A stretch of DNA of 64,000 bases from Patescibacteria group bacterium (GCA_041666145.1 JBAYHK010000002.1:260-64259); one strand, 5' to 3'. Counted from the stretch's first letter, positions 38,749 to 47,593 are shown. The notes: generated from the letters alone by a model not told the origin. Made by a program: numbers and translations.

Positions 38749-40749
38749 ATGGCAGACCAAAAGACAAGCGCAGACTATTCCGCGAAAAATATCACTGTCC
38801 TTGAAGGACTCGAGCCAGTACGAAAACGCCCTGGTATGTACATTGGCTCAACTGGGCCAACAGGGCTTCACCACATGATCTGGGAAGTCGTCGACAATTC
38901 ATTCGACGAAGCCATGGCAGGACATGCAACAACTGTCACTGTCAACTTTCTTCCAGACAACTGGATTTCTGTAGAAGACAACGGACGAGGGATTCCTGTC
39001 GACATTCACCCAGAACAAAAAATTTCTGCATTAGAGCTTGTTCTTACAAAACTTCATGCTGGAGGAAAATTCGGTGGTGATGCATCTGGATACAAAGTTT
39101 CTGGAGGCTTGCACGGCGTCGGAGTCTCTGTTGTTAACGCACTCTCTGACCATCTCAAAGCAGAAGTCTATCGCGAGGGCCAAATTTGGGAACAGGAATA
39201 CAAAAAAGGCATTCCGCAAGGAAAGGTTAAACCGAGCGGAAAGACGAAAAAACAAGGAACAAAGATCTACTTTCATCCAGACGCTTCTATCTTTGAAGCG
39301 ATCGAATTTGATTGGGATACTGTTATTGATCATCTTCGACAACAGGCGTATCTCACAGCTGGAATCCATGTTGAAATCCTCGACAAACGAACAGAAGAAT
39401 CAAATCCATACGGTTTTTATTTTGAAGGTGGAGTTGCGTCATTTGTTCGCCACTTAAATGAACGAAAAGAAATCAAGCAACCAAATGTTTTTTACGTCAA
39501 AAAACAAAGTGGAATTCTAGAAGTTGAAATTTCCCTGCAATACACCACTGAGTTCTACGAAAGCGTCCATTGCTACGCAAACAATATTGTCAATCCAGGT
39601 GGAGGAACTCATCTTGCTGGCTTCCGGGCCGCCCTAACGCGCGTACTTAATGCATACGCTAGAGATAAAGGCTATATCAAAGAAAAAGATACGAATCTTA
39701 CCGGTGACGATACCCGTGAAGGTCTAACGGCGGTCATAAGTGTTAAGCTTCCAGATCCACAATTTGAAGGACAGACAAAAGATAAGCTCGGCAATCCAGA
39801 AGCACGTACTGCAGTAGAAACAGTTTTCGGAGAAGCGCTACAAATCTTCCTGGAAGAACATCCACGCGATGCAGAAGAAATCATCGGAAAGTGTCTTCTT
39901 TCAGCTCGTGCTCGAGCAGCAGCGCGAGCAGCAAGAGACACGGTGCTTCGGAAAGGGGCATTTGAAGGAATGACCCTCCCAGGAAAACTTGCCGATTGTT
40001 CAAGTAAAGACAATAAATCAACCGAACTCTACATTGTTGAGGGAGACTCTGCAGGTGGAAGCGCAAAACAAGGACGCAACCGCGAATTTCAAGCAATTCT
40101 GCCGCTTCGAGGAAAAATCTTGAACGTTGAACGTGCACGACTCGACAAACTTCTCGCGAATAACGAAGTTAAAAATCTCGTTATCGCACTCGGCACAAAC
40201 ATTGGTGAAGCATTCGATATTACGAGCATGCGTTACGGCAGAATCATTATCATGACTGACGCCGACGTTGACGGCGCGCACATCTGTACGCTCCTTCTTA
40301 CGCTCTTCTATCGACACTTCCCCGACCTCATTACCAGCGGTCACATCTACATTGCCATGCCTCCGCTCTACCGAGTTCAGATTGGAAAACAAGTTCGCTA
40401 CGCCTTCACCGAAGAAGAGCGTGAAAAACACATCAAAGAAATGACTGGAGGAAAAGTTGATGCAGCGAAAGTCAAAGTCGGCGAAGTAGGAGAGGCCGAA
40501 CCAGAAGAAGATGTTGTAACCACTGGAATCAAAGTGAACATCCAGCGATACAAAGGTCTTGGAGAAATGAATCCGGAACAGCTCTGGGAAACTACCATGG
40601 ATCCAAAGACTCGCGTCATGAAACTCGTCACCATAGAAGACGCAGCAATCGCCGACGAAACCTTCGATGTTCTCATGGGCGCCGATGTTGCACCTCGAAA
40701 AAAGTTCATTCAGACTCACGCGAAAGACGTCAGCAACTTAGACGTTTAA
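38749..40749 (+). CDS. gyrB: DNA gyrase subunit B
   Basis: EVVDNS, GGLHGVG, EGDSAGG, PLRGK, DADVDG, YKGLGEM. Confidence 0.96.
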   Translation: MADQKTSADYSAKNITVLEGLEPVRKRPGMYIGSTGPTGLHHMIWEVVDNSFDEAMAGHATTVTVNFLPDNWISVEDNGRGIPVDIHPEQKISALELVLTKLHAGGKFGGDASGYKVSGGLHGVGVSVVNALSDHLKAEVYREGQIWEQEYKKGIPQGKVKPSGKTKKQGTKIYFHPDASIFEAIEFDWDTVIDHLRQQAYLTAGIHVEILDKRTEESNPYGFYFEGGVASFVRHLNERKEIKQPNVFYVKKQSGILEVEISLQYTTEFYESVHCYANNIVNPGGGTHLAGFRAALTRVLNAYARDKGYIKEKDTNLTGDDTREGLTAVISVKLPDPQFEGQTKDKLGNPEARTAVETVFGEALQIFLEEHPRDAEEIIGKCLLSARARAAARAARDTVLRKGAFEGMTLPGKLADCSSKDNKSTELYIVEGDSAGGSAKQGRNREFQAILPLRGKILNVERARLDKLLANNEVKNLVIALGTNIGEAFDITSMRYGRIIIMTDADVDGAHICTLLLTLFYRHFPDLITSGHIYIAMPPLYRVQIGKQVRYAFTEEEREKHIKEMTGGKVDAAKVKVGEVGEAEPEEDVVTTGIKVNIQRYKGLGEMNPEQLWETTMDPKTRVMKLVTIEDAAIADETFDVLMGADVAPRKKFIQTHAKDVSNLDV

Positions 40750-40755
40750 GTGCAG

Positions 40756-40788
40756 AACGCCGGCCGAAAGGTCGGTGTTTTGTTTTTT
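40756..40788 (+). terminator. Intrinsic terminator after gyrB
   Basis: AACGCCGGCC-GAAA-GGTCGGTGTT followed by T tract. Confidence 0.75.
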
Positions 40789-40902
40789 CCTTCATCTCGC
40801 CATGTCAAGTCGACTTTACGCTCAGTGATCAAAAACCCCAGCATTTTCATGAGTTGGATGTAAAGTCGACTTTACATCGTGGAAACGTGAAAAAAACATA
40901 TG
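40781..40902. repeat. Palindromic element copy 3
   Basis: Palindromes at 40802-40821 (degenerate) and 40858-40877 (perfect); core ATCAAAAACCC.AGCATTTTCATGA shared with copy 1. Confidence 0.85.
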
Positions 40903-41095
40903 CCACATCCTCGACAACATAATAAAACCCGTAACCGTCAACAAACGTTTTCCAGCAAAACTAAATTTCCCACAGCCAGGCAGTCCCCCTTCTCAATCCC
41001 TTCAAAGACTCCCTTCTCTCCCTCTTGCCCCTTCACCACTCTTCATGTATATTTCCCTCGTTCCCCGAAAGGGGTTTTTTGATACAATATTTTGT

Positions 41096-41305
41096 ATGCA
41101 ACGCATTTTAAACAATCCAGTCATTACGTACTTCCGCGAGGCAAAAATTGAGCTTGAAAAAGTCTCATGGCCAACGCGCAAGGACACGATCATGTATTCG
41201 ACACTCGTCTTCGCACTTAGCGTTGGCACAGCAATTGTGACTGGAGCGCTTGACTTCGGACTTTCCAAAGGTCTTGAAAAGATTGTTTCACTCATTTCCG
41301 CGTAA
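41096..41305 (+). CDS. secE: Preprotein translocase subunit SecE
   Basis: ELEKVSWPTRK plus TM; upstream of nusG. Confidence 0.93.
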   Translation: MQRILNNPVITYFREAKIELEKVSWPTRKDTIMYSTLVFALSVGTAIVTGALDFGLSKGLEKIVSLISA

Positions 41306-41318
41306 TCCATTGCTCTTT

Positions 41319-41864
41319 ATGGCAAAGCAAACCGCCAATTACGGCCGACGCTGGTACGTTATTCATACATACTCTGGTTATGAAGAAAGCGTCGTCGATG
41401 CACTCACACAACGCATCGCAACCATGGACATGGAAGAAAAAATCTTCGGAGTCTTGGTGCCAAAAGAAAAAAAGATAAAAATCAAAAATGGCGCTCGGAA
41501 AGTTATCGAAGAAAAAATCTTTCCTGGATATGTCCTTGTTGAGATGATCGTGACCGACGACTCTTGGTACGTCGTTCGCAATACACCAAACGTCACAGGA
41601 TTCATTGGAACCGGGAATACGCCAACCCCTATCCCTCAGGAACAGGTTGATACACTCATGAAACGCGTTGGAGTATCAGAACCAGAATTCAAACTCGACG
41701 TGAGTAAGGGTGCGCTCGTCTCTATTACCGACGGTCCTTTCAAAGGCCAACAAGGCAAAGTGGATGACATTGACGAAAGCCGCGGCAAAGTCAAAGTCAT
41801 GGTTTCCATGTTCGGCCGCGAAACCCCTCTTGAACTCGACTTCTTACAGATTAAGAAAGTGTAA
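41319..41864 (+). CDS. nusG: Transcription factor NusG
   Basis: WYVIHTYSGYE, FPGYVLVEM, KOW domain. Confidence 0.97.
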   Translation: MAKQTANYGRRWYVIHTYSGYEESVVDALTQRIATMDMEEKIFGVLVPKEKKIKIKNGARKVIEEKIFPGYVLVEMIVTDDSWYVVRNTPNVTGFIGTGNTPTPIPQEQVDTLMKRVGVSEPEFKLDVSKGALVSITDGPFKGQQGKVDDIDESRGKVKVMVSMFGRETPLELDFLQIKKV

Positions 41865-41869
41865 AATTC

Positions 41870-41895
41870 CGCCCCGAGAGATCGGGGCAGTTTTT
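41870..41895 (+). terminator. Terminator after nusG
   Basis: GCCCCGA-GAGA-TCGGGGC then AGTTTTT. Confidence 0.7.
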
Positions 41896-41990
41896 ATTGA
41901 CTAATTCCGCCAATCCTGGCACACTTTCGCCACTAAATAACGATGTGGTCGCTTGGGTAAACTCCCAGGAATCCACTGTAAATAATCTTA

Positions 41991-42112
41991 GAAACTTGTT
42001 TATTTGCAACCAGTTTCAATGAAGGGCGAAGAAAGCTTCTGAAACGTACTCAACGTACGATGAAGAAGTTTCCAATGACCTGAACCGAAAATGGGCCAAA
42101 GAACCAAGTTTC
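41991..42112 (+). ncRNA. Structured 5'-UTR element, copy B (before rplK)
   Basis: Homologous to 31860-31982. Confidence 0.65.
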
Positions 42113-42121
42113 GACTGTCGT

Positions 42122-42547
42122 ATGGCCAAAAAAATCAAGGCCGTGATCAAGGTACAGTCCATTGGCGGACGGGCAACACCAGCGCCACCTCTCGGACCAG
42201 CACTCGGTGCGCAGGGCGTGAACATTCAGCAATTTGTGCTTGAATTCAATGCCGCAACACAGGATAGAATGGGAGAAACTGTTCCAGCGATCATCACAAT
42301 TTACGAAGATCGAACATTCAGTTTCATCTTAAAAACTGCTCCGGCATCTGACTTAGTAAAAAAGGAAGCTGGAATTACTGCAGGATCTGGCAAACCACTA
42401 ACTGAAAAAGTCGGAAAAATCACCAGAGCACAATTACAAAAGATTGCGGAAAAGAAAATGCCAGACTTGAACACGAAAGATGTTGAAGCAGCAATGCGCA
42501 TCATCGCTGGTACGTGCCGTCAGATGGGAGTCGATATTGTTGGCTAA
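42122..42547 (+). CDS. rplK: 50S ribosomal protein L11
   Basis: [18 protein letters not shown]. Confidence 0.98.
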   Translation: MAKKIKAVIKVQSIGGRATPAPPLGPALGAQGVNIQQFVLEFNAATQDRMGETVPAIITIYEDRTFSFILKTAPASDLVKKEAGITAGSGKPLTEKVGKITRAQLQKIAEKKMPDLNTKDVEAAMRIIAGTCRQMGVDIVG

Positions 42548-42587
42548 GTGTTATCCTGACGAGTGAAGAATCCTTAATCATTGTTCT

Positions 42588-43010
42588 ATGACCAAGGGAA
42601 GCTCGCTCATTCTCCGAATCTATTTCGGGCTGGTAAGCGCAGTCACACTCTTTACTCTCATGTTTGGCACAATTGACTTTTTAAGCACAGGACTGAAAAC
42701 GTACATCTTCACCGCGGCAGATGTTCCAGCATACGGACTCATCAACTGCGATTCGCCAGATGCAAAATATCAATACGGAACCATTACTGTCCCAACTCTA
42801 GAACCAGCAGGGTCGACGACAAAAGAGCTGAGCACTGAAGAGACGAAGGCTCGATGCGAAGCGTCAAACACAACAATGTCAGAAAATTATCATCGAGAGA
42901 AAGCGCAAACAGCAGTTCGCAATCTCGCGCTCATCATCGTCTCACTTCCTCTCTTCGCCCTTCACTTCCGCATTGTTTACCGAGACTGGAAAAGTGACAA
43001 AACTTCATAA
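42588..43010 (+). CDS. Two-TM hypothetical membrane protein (DUF5671-like)
   Basis: RIYFGLVSAVTL...IVSLPLFALHFR; loop with two Cys. Confidence 0.65.
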   Translation: MTKGSSLILRIYFGLVSAVTLFTLMFGTIDFLSTGLKTYIFTAADVPAYGLINCDSPDAKYQYGTITVPTLEPAGSTTKELSTEETKARCEASNTTMSENYHREKAQTAVRNLALIIVSLPLFALHFRIVYRDWKSDKTS

Positions 43011-43023
43011 TCATCCCCATTCG

Positions 43024-43052
43024 TGGGAGGCCACTCGGCCGTAAATACCACC
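43024..43052 (+). promoter_or_regulatory. Putative L1 autoregulatory binding site
   Basis: GTGGGAG-GCC-ACTC-GGC...ACCAC just before the rplA start. Confidence 0.6.
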
Positions 43053-43058
43053 AAATCT

Positions 43059-43745
43059 ATGACAGGAAAGCGCATGACTGCGGCAACGCAAACTATCGAC
43101 AAGAAAAAGATCTACACCGTTGAGGAAGGAATCGTGCTCATGAAGGGCGCAGCAAAGGCAAAGTTCGACGAAACTGTCGAGCTCCACTTCGCCCTTGGTG
43201 TGGATCCGAAGCAAGGAGACCAGCAGATCCGTGGAACGGTCACCATGCCGCACGGCACAGGAAAAACGAAGCGCGTTATTGCATTCGTTGACGCAAATAA
43301 TGAGGCTGCGGCAAAAGAAGCTGGCGCAGACATTATCGGTACTGAAGAGATTTTGGAAGCTATTGTCCGAACTGGAAAAATTGACTTCGACGTTGCCGTC
43401 GCCGTACCTGCAATGATGCCAAAGCTTGCAAAAGCAGCGAAAGTTCTTGGACCACGCGGTTTAATGCCAAACCCAAAAACAGACACCGTCGGACCAAACA
43501 TTGCAAAAATGATTGAAGAACAAAAAGGCGGAAAGATTTCTTTCAAGAATGACAACACCGCAAATGTTCACTTGATCGTTGGAAAGGCATCATTCGCCCC
43601 AGAGAAGCTTGTTGCAAACGTTAAAGTAGCATTCGAAGCTATCCGCAAAGTAAAACCAGCATCGTCAAAAGGAATCTACATGAAGTCCGCAGTACTCACT
43701 TCCACAATGGGACCAGCAATTCGTCTAGACGTTAACGAGGTGTAA
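43059..43745 (+). CDS. rplA: 50S ribosomal protein L1
   Basis: KFDETVE, MPHGTGK, LGPRGLMPNPK, STMGP. Confidence 0.98.
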   Translation: MTGKRMTAATQTIDKKKIYTVEEGIVLMKGAAKAKFDETVELHFALGVDPKQGDQQIRGTVTMPHGTGKTKRVIAFVDANNEAAAKEAGADIIGTEEILEAIVRTGKIDFDVAVAVPAMMPKLAKAAKVLGPRGLMPNPKTDTVGPNIAKMIEEQKGGKISFKNDNTANVHLIVGKASFAPEKLVANVKVAFEAIRKVKPASSKGIYMKSAVLTSTMGPAIRLDVNEV

Positions 43746-43762
43746 ACGAAACAAACTCTAGC

Positions 43763-43790
43763 AAAAACCTCTCCATCTGGAGAGGTTTTT
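43763..43790 (+). terminator. Terminator after rplA
   Basis: AAAAACCTCTCCA-TC-TGGAGAGGTTTTT. Confidence 0.75.
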
Positions 43791-43845
43791 GGTTGTCCAC
43801 ATTGCAGATATTCCCTCACTGCATAAGCAGATAAGATGGCACCAT

Positions 43846-44436
43846 ATGTCGTCACCCTATCACGATCCATTCGGCCCAGGATCTAACGTTGTAAAACGGT
43901 TCGTTCCTGATCAATCCAAGCTCAGAACATTAGTCGAAAGCCTCAAAGCTCTTGGAATGCGAGTTGTGCTCACTCAAGGCGTCTATGACCTTATTCATGA
44001 AGGTCATGCTGCATATCTTGAGAAGGCACGATCATACGGAGACATCCTCATTGTCGGGATCGACTCTGATGAACTCACCAAAATCCGCAAAGGCCCAAGA
44101 CGTCCAATCGTGCCACAGGGAGAACGCGTCAACATGCTGCTTCATCTTCGCCATGTCGATCTTGTCACCATCAAAGAGGCAAAAGATGGGATTGGTGACC
44201 TTATCGAGATTGTTCGCCCTGACGTTATGGTCTTTTCCTCGTCAACAAAAGAAGTCACTCCTGAAGAAATAAAAGGCTACGAACAGTATTGTGGAGAAAT
44301 CGTCGTTCTTCCGCCACAAGCAACCACCACAACAACTGCACGAGTTCGAAACCTGACCATCGAAGGGGCAGAAAGGCTTGCGCAAGAAGTAAATGAACTT
44401 ATTACGAAGTTCCTTGATCAGATCAAGAATACATAG
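43846..44436 (+). CDS. HxGH cytidylyl/adenylyltransferase-family protein (RfaE domain II/TagD-like)
   Basis: TQGVYDLIHEGH, LIVGIDSD, KGPRRPIV..ER. Confidence 0.88.
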   Translation: MSSPYHDPFGPGSNVVKRFVPDQSKLRTLVESLKALGMRVVLTQGVYDLIHEGHAAYLEKARSYGDILIVGIDSDELTKIRKGPRRPIVPQGERVNMLLHLRHVDLVTIKEAKDGIGDLIEIVRPDVMVFSSSTKEVTPEEIKGYEQYCGEIVVLPPQATTTTTARVRNLTIEGAERLAQEVNELITKFLDQIKNT

Positions 44437-44439
44437 TCT

Positions 44440-45270
44440 ATGCTCGTCGCGTTTGTTCCAGTTTTGCATAAAGGCTATGTTGAACTTTTTCAAAAATACC
44501 CAGACGAACTGGGCATTTTAGGATCTGATGTTCTTGCAGACTTCACCGCATTAACTCGAGATTGTCGAACAATAAACCCAGGAATCGTAAAGCGAGCAAT
44601 CGAAGGACTTGGTATTTTCTCGAACATACAAGTTCTTGCAAAGGCCGACCTCGTTGAACTCGCAAAGCAAACGAAACACATCATCATGCCGGATGAAGAC
44701 GTATCACATGCCCTTTGTGAACAATATGGACTCTCCAACGTTACATTCGAATCCGTCTTCCTACGCTGGAACAAGATGCCAACATTACAAGAGAACATCA
44801 TTTCGCCAAACCGCGTCATCCTCCGAGATGAATTCTCACGATCGATGATGAACCTAGCAATCCAAGAATCTGAAAAAAGTGCTGACTGGTGGAGACAAGT
44901 TGCGACCGCAATCGTAAAAGATGGATCTGTAATCGGGCTAACGCACAATACTCATCTTCCAACCGATTTTCACCTCTCCGTGAACGGCGATCCAAGAACA
45001 AGCTTCAATGCCGGTGAACGAATCGATCTTTCTACATCTATACATTCGGAAGCTCTCGTCATTGCACGAAGCGCAAAAGCCGGCATATCGCTTGCAGGAT
45101 CTGAAGCCTACGTCACGACATTTCCGTGTCCGAATTGTGCACGACTTCTTGCAGAATCCGGCATTAAACGTGTCTATTATTCAAAAGGATATTCGCTACT
45201 CGATGCCGAAGACATTTTCAAAGCCTATGGAATAGAAGTCGCACTCGTCGATCTTGGTCCCCTATCCTAA
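44440..45270 (+). CDS. dCMP-deaminase-like protein with extra N-terminal domain
   Basis: C-terminal HSE and FPCPNC zinc motifs; ~125-aa N-terminal domain starting VAFVPVLHKGY. Confidence 0.85.
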   Translation: MLVAFVPVLHKGYVELFQKYPDELGILGSDVLADFTALTRDCRTINPGIVKRAIEGLGIFSNIQVLAKADLVELAKQTKHIIMPDEDVSHALCEQYGLSNVTFESVFLRWNKMPTLQENIISPNRVILRDEFSRSMMNLAIQESEKSADWWRQVATAIVKDGSVIGLTHNTHLPTDFHLSVNGDPRTSFNAGERIDLSTSIHSEALVIARSAKAGISLAGSEAYVTTFPCPNCARLLAESGIKRVYYSKGYSLLDAEDIFKAYGIEVALVDLGPLS

Positions 45271-45705
45271 TCGAGTAAAAATTCCGGTTTTTGAATCGTA
45301 CGCTGGGTCATCTGGATTTGACTGGAGAAGTTGGCAATGTAAATGAGAAACTGAAGCTCCAGTAAACCGAGCGTCTCCAAAACGCATAAAAAATGACCCT
45401 CCGATGATATGCAATTTCTCTGTTTGTTCTTGAACAATCTCTCCAAGCTCTTTCCATGCTTCTGCTGAAATCTCAGAAAAATGCTGGATGTGCGTTCTAT
45501 AAATGAAGAGCTTATTGTGTTTTGATGGCCTATACGGGTACTGGTTGTCTGTCACAATCCAAAATTCTCGCTCTTCAATAGGATTCTTGTGAAATTCCGC
45601 AAGATGCTCTGGGCAAAAAGGACAAAGATTTTTCTTCGCAATATCCGCAATCACTTTGTCATAAACTCCTGGTCTTGCATTTTGTTGACTAACAAACGTG
45701 CTCAT
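45262..45705 (-). CDS. HIT-superfamily protein, HxHxQ type
   Basis: CPFC, NQYPY, GASVSHLHCQL. Confidence 0.82.
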   Translation of the reverse strand: MSTFVSQQNARPGVYDKVIADIAKKNLCPFCPEHLAEFHKNPIEEREFWIVTDNQYPYRPSKHNKLFIYRTHIQHFSEISAEAWKELGEIVQEQTEKLHIIGGSFFMRFGDARFTGASVSHLHCQLLQSNPDDPAYDSKTGIFTRLG

Positions 45706-47102
45706 ACTGGCGTTGGAATTACCATAGCTTCATGAGGTTCGTAATCTGCGACAGTGAAATGCTCCGGCTTGAAATCAAGAAGGTCGGTGACTGTCGAATC
45801 AAGATACATTGTTGGGAAAGCCCGAGGTTCTCGTTCAAGAAGCTGCTTCACATGGTCAAACTGACTCTCATAAATGTGCGCATCGGAAACCGTGTACACG
45901 AGCTCCTTTGGAGTATATCCCGTTGCTTGCGCAATCATCATTGTAAACGCCGCATACTGAATCATGTTAAACACCACACCAACCGGAATGTCGCCGCTAC
46001 GCTGAAAATGATGAACAGAAAGCTGCTTCGTCTCTGGAAATACAAGAATATGCAGATATCCATGGCACGGAGCAACGACAACTTTTCGTGGCGACAATCC
46101 AGAATGTTGAATAGTGTATTGCGGAATCCAAGGCGAAATAATGTGCGTACGCAAATTTGGACGCTCTTTAATCTGTTTTACGACGTGTTCAATTTGATTA
46201 AAAGGTTCACCCTCCGATGTTGGAAATGCGGTCCATGCTGGACCATATGATCCTGGACCAAGGTCTCCTTCTGGCAATCCAAAAATATCGCAACGCTCCT
46301 TTGTTACCCACTTCTTCCACCACGCACAACCAAACGTCTTCAACTCCTCGTGAGTTCGCGCACCATGCAGAAACCCAAAATGCTCACCAAGCGCACCGGT
46401 CATAAATCGACCAGAAAGATCACGCTCGGTAACCATCGGAAATCCGTTTGCCAAGTCAAAATGCATCTGCGCACCAAGAATCATTCGCGATCCCTCACCT
46501 TGAATTGGCTTCACATCAACGCCTTCTTCCAAAATCTTCTTCAAAAGATTGTGATACTGCCAATCAATAGTTCTCTCACTCACCGGCTTCATAAATGATC
46601 GCTGTACCTTGTAATGAAGCAACACGCTTCGCGCATTCAACTTTCTTGTCTCTACGAGCTCAAGATTCACTCGAGCAAACTTGTCACCCAGCGGAACACC
46701 ATGCCCAAACAAGAATGGTTCGAGCGTCAAAAAGATCTCATCAACAAGTCCGGCCTCTAAAAACTGTCCGTATACAGAAGCGCCTCCCCCGATTGCCAAC
46801 GTCTCAACTCCCTCAACCGATAACCGCTTCGCAAGATCAGCTGGCAACTCATTCGTATATTCAATCCCTTCGATTGGTGTTGCTACGGATGGATCCTTTG
46901 TCAGCACAATCACCCGTCGATCCTTTAATGGCTTCCCGATAGTCGCAAATGTGGTTCTCCCCATAACCACAACTCCTGCTTCTTTGGTCTTTTCAACAAA
47001 GAACTGAGTATCTTCCGAACTTGTCCAATCAAGCGACGACTGATTCACTCGTTCTGCGATTTTCCCATCTGCCGACATAGCGGCAATAAGCCAGATTTTC
47101 AT
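45702..47102 (-). CDS. thyA: Fused dihydrofolate reductase - thymidylate synthase
   Basis: aa 1-170 DHFR (IAAMSADG, MGRTTF, GGGASVY); remainder ThyA (APCH, QRSGD...FN, DAHIY); one uninterrupted frame. Confidence 0.88.
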   Translation of the reverse strand: MKIWLIAAMSADGKIAERVNQSSLDWTSSEDTQFFVEKTKEAGVVVMGRTTFATIGKPLKDRRVIVLTKDPSVATPIEGIEYTNELPADLAKRLSVEGVETLAIGGGASVYGQFLEAGLVDEIFLTLEPFLFGHGVPLGDKFARVNLELVETRKLNARSVLLHYKVQRSFMKPVSERTIDWQYHNLLKKILEEGVDVKPIQGEGSRMILGAQMHFDLANGFPMVTERDLSGRFMTGALGEHFGFLHGARTHEELKTFGCAWWKKWVTKERCDIFGLPEGDLGPGSYGPAWTAFPTSEGEPFNQIEHVVKQIKERPNLRTHIISPWIPQYTIQHSGLSPRKVVVAPCHGYLHILVFPETKQLSVHHFQRSGDIPVGVVFNMIQYAAFTMMIAQATGYTPKELVYTVSDAHIYESQFDHVKQLLEREPRAFPTMYLDSTVTDLLDFKPEHFTVADYEPHEAMVIPTPV

Positions 47103-47593
47103 AGATGCATTGAGGGTGCCAGCCATAGCCGAGTGGGTCAACAAACCTTTGTGGATAGGAAAGAATATTGAAAACCAATCATTTCGCTGATAATATTCTC
47201 TTACGATGTAGGCAATTCCAATCCTCAAAAAGGAAGGTGTCTATGCGAAGATCATCTTTCCAGCTAAATCTGAAAACTTCTCAAGCGATATACCCGGAGA
47301 ATTGGGGCTGGCCGAATGGAAGAAAAAAGAAAAACTCAACTTGAACTCACAAGAAACTCTACGAGCGCGCCGAAGAACCCATGAGTCATTGGCGCGTTTT
47401 ATATTTCAAAAAAACACTCACGCGGCCAGGCATGGCAACCGCGTGAGTGTTTCGTGACGAAACGTGAAAAACGCTCGTCATGTAAGGCACTCTACATGAC
47501 AAAAATTCTCGGTCAACGAAATCGTGGGGATAAGAAATAAGCACGGGATAACTGCTCGAAAAAAATAAAGATTCCGAGTACGCTCGAGCCACT

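Noticed and set aside
40018-40719. Long alternative-frame ORFs (e.g. 40018-40719, 3904-4707, 38016-38804)
   Set aside because: They are antisense shadows of well-supported genes and show no protein motifs.
40900-41095. tRNA gene upstream of secE
   Set aside because: No cloverleaf or TTCGA T-loop pattern found.
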